Positions 1 through 13,347 of a stretch of DNA of 64,000 nucleotides are shown one piece after another. Location of the stretch: NCBI GenBank assembly GCA_964057225.1, contig OZ059897.1, forward strand, positions 15,438,001 through 15,502,000, given 5' to 3'. The stretch's first letter is position 1, and each line of letters starts with the position of its first letter. A program made the translations under genes and the position numbers. The notes under the pieces were generated by a model that saw nothing but the letters and a program-made list of their open reading frames with translations, did no database searches and was not told the DNA's origin. Source of the DNA: Auanema rhodensis. Taxonomy: Eukaryota; Animalia; Nematoda.

Positions 1-1668
1 GTCTAGAATATTTGTAGTTATATGTTCAACAAATAATCGTAGCCATATTTAGTAAATAAAATTGAGTGCTCCCGGTGGATGTGCGCGAGAAGTGTGGTAG
101 ATCCAGTTGGTTAGTGTGAAACAAGGCAGACAGGCATGGTTTGTCTTCCAGCTGTCAACATGTCTATTTATGCAAATGATGTGTGTGAAAGAAGATAAAT
201 ATCTGGACTAATCAACACGTAATAGAGTTGCATGATGCAATTTGACAGATTCAAATTATATAATCATGAGTCTTGATTATATTGACAACATTTTAGATAA
301 GAAAGGTATTTTAATACGAAACAAATAAATAAAGTTGTTACCGTGATTGAGTGAACTGGTGGATAAGAAAAACTTCTCTAAATGAAGAATCGTATGCCCT
401 TTTTTGAATTCAATTTTGATAAAGATGTTTATGCAAAAGTTAATATTCATAATAATTTGCTACATGTTGCTGTTGTTGCGGTCATTATTTCATTAGCATA
501 CAAAGAACAGGGTTACGGTAACTTTTCATTTGACTGAACATGATCTTCTGTTCATTTTATTCAATTTTTCATTGAAAATCGGTTGCATTTGTTTTCTGAT
601 TGCTTTTTCACAACATGGAGAATGTCATTATTTCCATCCTAATATGTCTGTGTCTGTTAGTTTAAATTAGATGCGATGATGAGAACTGTCTGTTTGGGTA
701 AGCTGTGTTGGCAATGACAGACGTCCACATTCAGATCAGTCGTCTATCCCGTTGTTAGGGCATTTTTTTGTCAATTAGCCTGGAAATTAGTGAATTCATG
801 GATTCTATTTCGTCTGTCGTTTTCCGCCAATTTATAATAGATATGGCTCATTTAAATAATTTCTCATTAAGCTGCGCATCTTCATCCAAAGAAGGGATGC
901 CATTACATATCCGGAACCATCGTTAAAGACGATCGACAACGTATTAACTAAAATTTGCTCTTGCTTATTGTGAAGAGAATATAACAAAAAAAAGCATAAT
1001 AATAACTAAAATAACAGTTTTTCAATTTTTAAAATTATTCACATGAAAAATTATAATTATTAATATATTACTGTATGAATAATCTTTTATAATTATATAT
1101 TACCGTATGAATAATCTTTATGAATTTTATCCTCGTCATTCACATGTAGCATAATCATTCGCAGTTTCATCTCACTTCATATGAGTATACTGTAGATATT
1201 TAATATTTCAAAGCTTAAGAGTAATTAGTTTTCTTAGAAAGATATGAAAACTTCTGTATATACTAATAAAGAAGTAACATTTCACATATCTCTTGTATAC
1301 GATGTTGCGATTTTGAGGGAAATTGCTGTGAGAACGAGAAATTCTTCAGAATTGCTGTCAGTTTTTCTTTGCCTCTATTGTCCATGTTACATTTCTAACA
1401 TATTACAATGAATCAGCTGTGGTAATGAGCCCGTTGGGGTTCTGGGTATAAGATGTGAATGAGAGAGAATCGTCTTCTATTTTACATTTAGAGTGACTTA
1501 AACAAGTCTGTACGCCCCCTTGATCTGCTCAGCTCCTCCCACTCTCGTCAGCTATTGGCTGGCAGCAAAAATTGGCAAATATAAGCTAGAAAGGCAATTC
1601 GATTAAGCTTCTTCTTTAAGTCATATCTTCCTGACGACTACGATCCGTGCTTGCTCAGAGTGGTAAGA

Positions 1669-4529
1669 ATGGATATGTTTGCCAATCTTCAAATGCAACA
1701 AGTCTGGAAAGAATATCTGAAGCAACAACAACAGCTTCTTTTTCCAGGTAATACTAGGTGTAATTCTCAATATATTAATGACTACTGTAGTGCTCATTAT
1801 GAATGTATCTCAGCTCGTTTTCATTATGTTAATATTAAATTTGTATCAAAGCTAATTCATTTTATTATTATTATTTAATATATTTTTTCAAAATTATTTA
1901 AATTTTATATAAATGCTCAATACTGATAAGAAATTTTAACATATATATGTATATTTAGAAGATTCATCAAACGATGTAAATGACACAGCAAGTATTTCAA
2001 GCAGAGCTTCTTCTCGAACACCGGAACCCCTCCTTTCTCATGGCGGTAACGGTGATTTTGATGGTATGTCAACATGCTACAACACCATACTTACAACTGA
2101 AACTCAGAGCTTTCAGCTGATATGGGTGGTGATAATTCATCGACGTCATCTGCGAATGTTGCTGGATCCGGATCATCATCAGCCAAACGACGACGAACAA
2201 GAACTAATTTTTCTGGATGGCAGTTAGAGGAATTAGAAAATGCCTTCGAAGCTAGCCACTATCCAGATGTATTCATGAGAGAAGCATTAGCTATGAGATT
2301 AGATCTGTTGGAGAGTAGAGTTCAGGTAAATTCTTTTTCTTTGAATTACAAATCCGATTAACTTTGAACGAACAGTGTTCATGAATAATGATATCATAGT
2401 ATGTGCTTGCTGTTTTGAATTGAACTCGTGTTGAAGCTTAAATCTTTTAAAGTTTTTTTGCAAAAGAGAAAATCAAATAATCATTTTAATAATCAAACTA
2501 TTGTATATGAATTATTCAACACGTATTACATATACTTTTTGGCTCATCTGAGCAAAATATAATAGACTAAGGCCAAGTTGTTACTCTCTTGGGACCATTT
2601 ATCTACGATTATGGAAAGAAATCTCTCCGGGACTGCAAATTAGTAAGGCCTAAGCAATCCAAAAGATGTCAAAATTGGTGAGAATATGATGAATTCTCAA
2701 CGGAGACCTTTTGACTTAATGCATCAAATTTTAAGAAAACCTTTAAAGATGTTTTTAAAACAATAAGAAGCTGTCGAACAAAAGAGAGAATTATTGTTGT
2801 CCAATATCCTATATTAGCTCAAATTCCAGGATATTATAATGCAATTTCCTAGATGTTTGAGCTGCTCTCTTCTCTCATGAGCAATTTAGAAAAATCAAAA
2901 ATGATCAAATTATTCTCGTTTTGAGAATCAAGAACAGTATAATACTAAGAACATTAATTTTCTATTTTTCAAAAACAAATCGTTAAAAAAATGTTGTTTC
3001 TTTTTGAAAAACAAAACAACATTCATAAGTAAAGCTGAATTTTTTTTTAGCCATTTTATGTAACAATTACCGTATTTTGTAACAGAAAAGAAGAAGGAAT
3101 AGTTTATTAACTACGATAAACAACTTGGTAACAAATCATAGAGACTGCCAATGGATTTGTTTTTTTGACGTGCCGATTAAATTCCCTAAGGATTAGGCAT
3201 ATCCACTGATTCTTTCCAATTTGTATGCAAAAATTAAATTTTTTTGCTGTTTTTTTACGAATTTAGAATTCAAAATTAAAGGTTAAACCGTCAAGACAAT
3301 GCTGCCAAGTTGAATCAAATATAGAAAAATTTAACGTATTTCATCGAGATCTCATATACCTTCGCGCTTTTGTCACTTTTTTTATTAAAACTATGTATGA
3401 ATATATCATGACAAGACTCATGCTAATAACAGGGGTCATGTCGATAAAGAAAAGGTTGAAGGAATTCAAATGGGACAAGATAAAAGTTCTTTGTAGATGC
3501 CTTGAGTTATGGAAAGAGAGAGAGATCCCATTTGAATTGACAACTGATAGATAGGCTAAAACGATAAGAGCATGAAGGAAGAAGAATTCATTGGCCAAAT
3601 CTAACTGATTCCAAGTAGATAATGAGACAAGTAGGGTCCCGAAAAACACATCTCAATCCCCTTAGGCAACTTTTGTCTCTTCATTTCTTCTACTTTCTCC
3701 GAATATTGTGAAAAAAAGAGAATAGATAAAGAGTTACTTTAAGAACAATAAATAAATTTAGTTGACAAGTTTAGAATGTTGCAACATAGTTATCTCAATT
3801 CGCAATTTCGCTTACGTTTTCAAACAAAATCCTTTTATATAAATGGATAAGAAAATCCTTTTTTTTTCTTTAGATAGTTAAAGTTTAAATTTCAGGTTTG
3901 GTTTCAAAACCGCAGAGCCAAATGGAGAAAGAAGGAGCATCTGAAGACTCCCTCCTTATCAGATTCTTCAAATAAAGGTGAAGAATCTAAACCGGTAAGC
4001 TTTAATCCCTCATTTTCTTCATTTAATAGAATTAATTAATTTAAAAAATATATATCCTTATAGTCAAAAGATCTCAGTCCATTTTCTATTGAAAGTTTAT
4101 TAGCTGCTAGTAGAGTTCCCAGAGGACGCCGTCCCAATGCTAAATATCCTCGTGTACAGGTATAGGATTTATATATGAAACTACAATATAATATTATTTT
4201 AGGCTTGTAAGAATATGTCACCTTTCATGCTTCCGTTGTTTCCTATAACACAACCTTCTGGTTGTACTCTTCGTCTACCTTCACCCCCAGCTCAAGTTCC
4301 TTCTTCATCATCTGCCTCCATTGATTATTCGTCAACGAACGCTGTATTAAACAGTACAACATTAGTTTTATCTCCGGAACCCAATCTCACATCCTCACCT
4401 ATACCTGACGATATAACTCAAAATATTGTTGGTGCAACAGCAACTGTTGAAGTGTCAAGTCAAGATATTTTAGATATGCCTTGTCTGAATGTCCTGGGTA
4501 ATGTATTCGATCTCAAATCTACAATCTAG
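1669..4529 (+). CDS. unc-4: UNC-4/Uncx paired-like homeodomain transcription factor (6 exons: 1669-1747, 1959-2063, 2117-2325, 3896-3994, 4064-4159, 4203-4529)
   Basis: Homeodomain [47 protein letters not shown]|[12 protein letters not shown], eh1 Groucho-binding motif FSIESLL and UNC-4-like tail [34 protein letters not shown]; all junctions GT-AG and in phase. Confidence 0.95.
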
Positions 4530-4659
4530 TCATCCATTTGTTTTTCATAACTATATATATATATATTTATCATATAATTATATGTAAATAAATAAAAAAT
4601 ATATAAGAAAACGTTTATTAAAATAGTATTAAACTTTAAAATGTTACTGAAAAAAAAAT

Positions 4660-7109
4660 TTACAAGTGGCAACGTGCTTTCTTCTCGGCTTGGTACTTCT
4701 CAATACCCTTGCGAACCTTACTACCGAAATCTGGGTGAACCTGAAAAAAATTAAAAATAAACTTTAGGCTTTTATATAATTTAGGTTGTGCATGAAGATT
4801 TATACTTACTTGAGTGAAGTGGGCAATAACCTTATCTTGAATAAATGGCTTGATGTCTTTCATAGCATCAATGAAATTGGCGCAAAGACGTTCACGATGA
4901 GGCTCATCAAGAACCTTAAAAATCATAAATAGAAGCAAAAAAAACTAAATTCACATACTTTAAGCCAGAACTCTCTTGGTTGGTCATAGTTGTTGTCTTG
5001 ACCGGAGTCATAACGGTCAACGTCGCCAGCAGAATGCCACACAGTTTCACGAGCATTCTTATTCTCTTGGAGACCATTGAAGCTGTTTGGATAGTAGTTT
5101 GGTGCATTTCCTATAAAAGAAAAAGTAAATGTTATATGATACTGTATTATCTCACCTTGGCTCTCGAAAGAACCTGCTCCTGCTCTTTGAGTGTTATGTG
5201 CTCTAGAACGGAATGGACAGTTAATTGGCAGATGAATATAGTTAGTTCCAAGACGATGGAAATGAGTATCAGTATAAGAGAAAATACGCCCTTGAAGCAT
5301 CTTATCAGGAGAGAATTCAATTCCTGGAACAACATGTGCTGGACAGAAAGCTGACTGCTCAACCTAGAAGAAGAACATATCAGAAGAATGAATTTTTTCT
5401 TTAACAAACCTCAGCAAAGTAGTTTTGAGGATTACGGTTTAAGACAACACGTCCAACTGGAATGAGTGGGAATTCAGAATGAGACCAGACCTTGGTGACA
5501 TCGAATGGATTGAAACGTAACTTTTCAGCTTCTTCGAAAGTCATAACCTAAAGAAAAGAAATGATTAGAAATTAAAAAAGTATGTTCCACCTGGATACAG
5601 AAATTCCAGGATGGATATTCTCCATTCTCAATAGAATTGAAAAGATCTCTTGTAGAATAATCTGGATCACTGCCAGTCAAACGAGCAGCTTCATCAGCTG
5701 GCAGGTTCTTAATTCCTTGAGCAGTCTGAAAATATAAAAGATGAATATTGAACGATTGGAAATGTAAACCTTAAGATGGAATTTGACATAGACGGCCTTT
5801 CCTTCAGCATTGACCATTTTGAAAGTGTGAGATCCATATCCATTCATATGACGGTAACCGTCTGGAGTACCACGATCCGAAAAGAGGAACATAATCTAAA
5901 TCAAAAATGATAAAATAAAAATTATGTTTAAGAACAACCTGGTGCATGGCTTCAGGACGGTGAGCCCAGAAATCAAAAATAGCATCATGATCTTTCAAGT
6001 TTGTTTGAGGGTTACGCTTTTGGGTGTGAATGAAGTTAGGGAAAAGGATGGGATCACGGATGAAGAAAATTGGAGTATTGTTTCCAACCTTAATTTAATA
6101 ATTTGAAATTTATTATAGTTTAAACTAACCAAATCCCAGTTTCCTTCTTCAGTATAGAACTTGATAGCAAAACCACGTGGATCACGAGCAGTATCTGCAG
6201 ATCCAGCTTCTCCACCTAAAATTTATTGACTTTGAATACTTCTAACATGAAATGAAAAACACTTTCTCTATTTACTTGAGCAGTTTTCAGGATAAAATAA
6301 GAAAAACAATATAAATTTATAAATTTTTATCAATGTTCCAAGGTAAACTCAAACATTTTCCTATCTATTCTTAGAAACAATATACTTCTGTTACTCTTAG
6401 CTATACTATAGTCTTATCAAAATAATATTTATCTTTTTTTTCTCTTTGTTCTCTATAAGCTTAAATTCTAATTTTAACATTTTTTTGATATCACAGATCA
6501 GAGATGATTTACTATATTGACGTATTTTCTATCAAATCTGACCTCTTTTTCTTTATCTAATTTATGATAAAAATATAATTAGAATTTAAAACTTCTCTAA
6601 CATCAAGAATAAATAAAATTTTGTATATAATAATATAAATAATAAAATGATTAATTACTTACCAACAGTTGAGAAACGAATGAAAAGTGGAGTTTGTTTT
6701 CCAACTTTGCTGAAGATATCAGCTTTGCAATACTTTGTGATATCATGAGTAACCTCAAAATATCCATGAGCACCTATAAAAATAATTATATTATTTATAC
6801 AAAAACATATATTTGATGTGAAAGTATTACCGGCTCCCTTAGCATGAACAACACGCTCTGGAATACGCTCGCGATCAAAATGAGCCATCTCATCCATATA
6901 AACGACATCTTGCATGAGCATGGGGCCACGAGGTCCAGCGGTTAAGACAGCATTTTTCTGTGCAATTGGAGCTCCATTAGATGTAGTAATTACATGACGT
7001 CTCTGAAACAATAAATTCAAAAATTATGGCTAGATCAGCTTAATAATCTTACGGATTGAGCATTCTTGTAGTTTTGCAACTGATCTTGAGCAGGGTTTCC
7101 TTTCGTCAT
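4660..7109 (-). CDS. Monofunctional heme catalase, probably peroxisomal (CTL-2-like), multi-exon
   Basis: [15 protein letters not shown] active-site motif, RIFSYTDTH heme-ligand motif, [19 protein letters not shown]; ATG at 7109 just downstream of a TTTACAG acceptor; C-terminus KKARCHL* fits PTS1. Confidence 0.95.
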
Positions 7110-8916
7110 TTTGGATAAGTCTGTAAACTTAGGGTGATCATCGTTAACAAAAACGAATGTGCGATACATATATCGAACAATTTGCGAAATATTTCATAAA
7201 ATTGGCTGTTAAAGTATGAAAAGAGGACACAGTTCCAATAAGATTGCGGAGTAACACGCTACAACTTTTAGGTGGGACACAAAACACGAAATCTAACAAT
7301 AACAACTTGTTTTTTTTTTCAAAGAAATCTAGTCTGATGCACAAAAGATATATGTTGAAATTCATTCTTATTGGCAAAAAATATTGTTTCCAGAACTAAA
7401 AACATTGAATAAGGGTTGAATTCATGAAAAGAATTTCTTATTTTTGCTTAATCTATGGAAATGAAGTACAGCTTTTGAAATATATATCGATAACAAGCTT
7501 AAATTTGATTGATAACTATCAGCAGGATAGATACATGATCGTATTCATAAATCTTACAAATGAGTAAAGAGTTATCTTCTAAACGGTTGTAAATGAATAG
7601 ATAGGTTTAATTGAAAAATAAGAAAGTATGATAGGATGAGGTCATCGACCGAAAATGTGATCTTCTTTCTATTAAAAAACTAAGAGAATTGGTAATGAAA
7701 ATGGTTGATGTATTATCGAACTGTTAGAACTATTTGCTACACTATAGCCAAGAAATAGAGAAATAACAACAGATAGATGGAAAAAACATCAAACAATGTA
7801 TTTAAAGCTTTTTAAACTTTATATTCATTAAGCTATATGTGTGGGAAAATAGCTTAAAAACATTCCTGTACACATAATAGTTACCAAGGTAAATATAAGA
7901 GTAAAAGACTTTAACAGGCGGGAAAAAAGATGTTTGTATTCGAAGCCAATCCAACCCATGGATGACAAAATGATTGACCAAATGCTGTTGATAAGACTAG
8001 AGAAACAGATTATAAGAGAAAGAGAAAGAGAGAGAGAAATAATAAAAGGTTAAAAGGAAAACTGCATAGACAAGAGAAAAGAACGTTATCACAGTACAAA
8101 ATACATGATAAATAGATTTAGAGAAGAAAATAAGATAGGAAACACGAAAAGTCCGGTTACTTTTCCATTTATATACATATTTTAGATGACAATAATTTTT
8201 GCTCAAACTCATTTGAAGTATATAATGAACCATAAATCAAATTTTAAATAATAATGAAAATTATAAAGTTAATGTGAAGGATTTTAGGGAAGAATATAAG
8301 ATAATAAGAGAAGTAAATGAGAAAGAAAAGAATGTATTGACAAAAAAAAAATTAATTATAATATACTTTATTAAATATTTAATAATAATATAAACAATAT
8401 ATTTATAATATATGATTAGTTAGATTATAAATTTGAGTTTGTTTTGAAAGTTATTCGATTAAATTATATGAAAACATTTATAAAATTTATATAAAATATC
8501 TAAATAATAGATGATAAAAATTTAAAAAAAAACCAGAATTATACAAAATGATTTATTATTTAAAATATTAATTATATAATAATTAATAAGAAAAATAAAC
8601 AAATATTATAAAACAAAGCTCAAAGAGAATGCATGTGATACCGGTCAGGTAATGCGAATGAGAAAGCCAAAATATATCAAATTTGGATATAAGTTTTGAA
8701 ATCATCAGTTTGTTTTTATCAGAAAATAAGATTATTTTCTTTATACATAACTATAAATCTAAGAAAATAATATTTTAAATGTCAAATATGACACAAACAT
8801 ATGTATTAAGGAGATATTTCAAAAAAATCTCAATTATTAATTATGAATATATAAAATTTTTCATAATAATAATAATAATATATTTAAATCCTAATTCAAA
8901 AATATATAATTTTAAT

Positions 8917-11021
8917 TTATCGGTTATATTTCCTCCCATATTGATACTGGCTAACTGTATCAGATTTTTGTTCCGCTAAACGCGAAATTGATGTTGATTC
9001 AGAATATACGGAACTGAAAAAAAATGTAGTATGGAAAATGAAAATTCATAAAATCAAACATACTTTTCATTATATGAATTTTTTCTTTCTCTTAATCTTG
9101 ATCTTTCATACGATTTTGGATGTCGAGGACCCTCAATGTATCTATTGGGTGGTGGAATACTAGGAACTGGCGGCGTTGACGGCTCCAAGAATAGATCTCG
9201 AAGTTCTACATATCTGAAAAGAAAAAAAATTAAAAATATTATATTAAATATATATATTATACCTGCTAGCATTACCAACATGGGAATAATTAGCTGTATG
9301 AATAGCTAAGAACATACAAAGACCAAGGAGCACTATGCAACTTCCTACCCATCCAACCACATACCTAGAAATTAGAAAATAATATTTTTCAACTTTGAAA
9401 CAACATAGAAAACTTGTTTAGTGTTTTGGATATTTGTAATTGTAATAATGTTAAGTAGCATTAGAAATTTGAAAAAAAACTTGAAAATAGAATTATATTT
9501 AGAATATAAATAATAATTTTTATATTATATAAATAATTACCATGAACGAGCAGTTGAAGATAAAGCACAAAACTGTTGAGCGTCTCCTCCGCATAATTTT
9601 AATTCCTAAAACAAATATAAAATAAATTAAAAAAATTTGTTTATAAGTTGATTGTTAATATTAAAATTATTATAACATACCGATTTTGAGAAATTATCTA
9701 TAATGGGCCGGAAAATAGATAAATCTAAGCATTGTGTTTCACTAAAATCCGTCATATCATCACATATGTCATCAAATACAAAATATGATGCACATATAAT
9801 AGATATAAATGTTATTATAAATAACCAACAAATTATCTATAATAATATATAAATTAATAATTTAAATTTAAATTTCAAGATTACCAATGCTACCGTTAAG
9901 CTCATAGCGCATCCCAAAACACAACGTCCTCCACATTTCGCTTGTTTTTCTTAAAATATTAATATTAATAATTCTTTTAAATTAAAATATAAAAATATTT
10001 TAACAACTCAATGTTTATTTTCAGTTATATTTGTATACATACATATGTATATTGGTTGTAACAGTGTTTTTTCGTTAAATTATTTTAAAAATAATTATAA
10101 TTTTTCTTTAAAAAATTTAAAATTATTAATTGAATATTTACCTCGATACATTTGCTCTCTTGTTGATCCAGTAGCTGTAAATCCTACGACTAAAAAGAAA
10201 AAAGCAAAAATGCACATGAGTATCGTTACTACTACAAAGAATATTTGAACCTGAAATTGATAAAATTTAATTTTTTCTAAAATTAAATTAAAATTTTTAT
10301 AATTACTCTATCAAGCCATGGCCAATCTTCAATTTTTAAAAGTCGTCTACATTGTTCTGCTGTAGCATTAAAGCCCCATGTCATCATAATAGAAAATAGA
10401 ATAACTCCAATAAAACACATAGCAGTTGCCATAAGTGAAGCATACGGTATTCTAAAATAAAGAAAGAAATATTATTTCTTTTGCATAAATTATCTAATTT
10501 TTAAAATTAAAAATTGGAAAATAATATAAATAAAAACAAAATATTGAAAAAAAAAGAAAATTGAATGTACTAGATGGATATAATTTACAATTTAACTTAA
10601 TTAACACAAAGGAAACGCCATATTATGTGCATATTCAATTGATTATATAATTAATATTTTATAAAAATTAGCATAGTTTTCATTAAAATATTTACAAAAT
10701 ATATATAAAAACATTTTTTTTAGATTCAAATACATACCTTTCGAGGCAGCCATCATGACTGTGACCTTTAACAGCTATAGGTTCTTGCTGAGTACTTGGT
10801 GGAATCTTCCGTTCGGTAGACACCGTCGTATGACTGTCGCCATACCTTTGTGGAGAATACGGTGGATACTGATTTCCTCGAATTTTGAAGCTGTTTCACG
10901 ATACGAAATCGGAAAAAAAACTGAAAATAAAGGAAATTAAAGAAAAAAATTAAAAATATATAAATATATGTAATAATCAGATTAAACTGAGGTGAAAAAA
11001 GAGATTATCGATGAATGGCAT
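8917..11021 (-). CDS. nmgp-1: Neuronal membrane glycoprotein, M6/PLP/DM20 tetraspan family; 5' end has a frame problem (see findings)
   Basis: Spliced protein DGCLERIPYASLMATAMCFIGVILF...VGFTATGSTREQMY...CGGRCVLG...LCGGDAQQFCALSSTARSWYVVGWVG...NYSHVGNASRYVEL; four hydrophobic segments; first exon MPFIDNLFFHL resembles the recalled C. elegans N-terminus. Confidence 0.85.
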
Positions 11022-13347
11022 GGATATACGTATATGTATGGATGTTGCTATTGATCAAGATATCGAAGATATGTCAAACGATTTTCATAAAGGTCAGTTG
11101 ATTTTCCATTATAAGGAAATATACGATAAGAATAGAAATCTTAGATAAGAATTATTTCGAATATATAAAATTAAAATTATTTTTAAGTTTATGCTATTCA
11201 TCATGCTGGTGTATCTGATACATCGTGGTCCAACCAATGACTCAAATAAGAAAGAAAGGACCCGTACGATTATTGATTTCTAGTTTCCAACATACATATA
11301 CATATACACAGGAAGAAATAGAAGAAGCAGAGAGATGTATGAACATAGAGATGTATAGAGGTAAGGAGGTAAGGAGAGAGAGAGAGAGAAAGATAGGTAG
11401 AGAGAGAGAGAGAGAGAATGATGTATGCTTGGGTGTTCTGTTTGCTTTTATCTCATATATGAGACTAGAAGGTCTGTTTGAAGGTAAAGTCCACTAGCCT
11501 CCTCTTTGGCCACAATACCACCATCATCATCACCTACCTTCTCCATCTTCTTATATCGGTGTCCTTCTTTTTAACTCATCGTTATCTTCACAAGGAGTTA
11601 CCGGAACGTTTTTTATTTAATATTTTTAGCCAATTGTTTACATAAATGGTAAAAGAACAGAAGTAAATATTAGAAATATGTAAATATTTCTATATTTAAA
11701 CTTAATAAACTTCAAAAGATATTGACCTATCTACTAATTACTTATTTATTTTTTCATTTTCAAAATAAAAATTTAAAAAAAAAGAATTTGAAATATATAA
11801 TTTATACTCACAAATCGATAACTAATTTAAAAAAAAAAGATGGTTAATGATTAATATGAGAATATGTAGAATAATAGAAGATTGTTATATGCTGACTCAG
11901 CATACTATTAGATTGTACCCTCTGATTCATACATTTAAAAGAAAAAACAAGCTTAATGTTTTTAGAAATAGAAATAGAAATTTAGAATTAAATAAACATT
12001 ATAAGCTTGTTGAGAATTCTAAAACTATGAATAGGAAAATTCGGAAATGAATAATAGAAATAACATCATGAAGATTGGTATAACTAACATATAGTGAAAA
12101 AGCCTGATGAGAGAGAGTATCAGGAGAAGAAATGTGTAGTAGTTGTTGGAGGGGCATAGATTGAATAAACGTATCTCTGGACAACACCTGGACAATCACC
12201 TACTTATATGCATATAACTATATAAATAGTATAGGATTAACAGAGAGTACTAAAGATATCATAGAAAAGGGTCGAGTTCAGATATATAAGAGAAGGAGAG
12301 AGAGAGAGACAGAAAGAGAGAGAAGGAAATAGAGACTGGTTAGCTGATGCCAGGATAATCATTAGAAGATTAAGCATGTCGATATAAGGTAAGAGCATAC
12401 AGAAAGCCATATATGTTTTTCAATCAATAGTGGAAAACATATAATGAATAAACTTTATTTCTTGTAGAACTTGAAAAAGAGTTTGAATTCGTTGAAATAT
12501 TTGATAAGAAAGATAACGATGTGTTATACCCATCAAGCTTGTAAACGATCTTTATAGACTTATAGCTGTGTACTATGCTTTCCCCATTTCTTACAATGAT
12601 TTTCAATACAGACTTCATTTGAAAAATTATTTCCCCTAAGCAAATAAAGGTTTATTAGAACAGTAACGTATTATGAAACAGATAAAAAGTATTTTTTTCT
12701 AATATAATGATAATTTGATTTAACTATTATCTTATCAACAAACCATTTAACCATGTGACTTCTTAATTATTTGTGTACTAACTATATCATAACACAAAAT
12801 AGAATAAAATAAATAAAAGTACATACAAACTATTGAAGAAATTTAAATATTTTAATCTCAAAAATCTTTATTTCTTTATTTTATTTACTTAATTTACTTG
12901 ATTTAATAATACAAAAAATGCAGAAGAGCCATATCCGCTATATCTAATTAAGGTTGTTGACCTATTAAATATCAAAATAGTTTAAAGAGGAAATGTTCAA
13001 TGACAATAGATCAAACGATATTATCAGGCTGTTATCATAATCATGATTTTACATAATAGTTTATGAACTTGTGCAATTTGAATAAAGCTTATATACAGAC
13101 TATGAATGATAAATAGCTGCTGTACTTACATATATACAAACACTATTTTAGAAGTCAGAGGAGCCTGCTGATTCTTATCAATTTCTTTTTTTTTTCTCTC
13201 TTTACATCTTCATCTCTCTCTCTTTCTCTCTATCTTTTCTCTCTCTTTTTCTTTTTTTTCCTATATCACTTACCTTTCTTACATACATATATGCATGTAG
13301 GTTTGATTTTCAGTTGACAGTTTTCGTTTTTTCTATATGATTGCATA

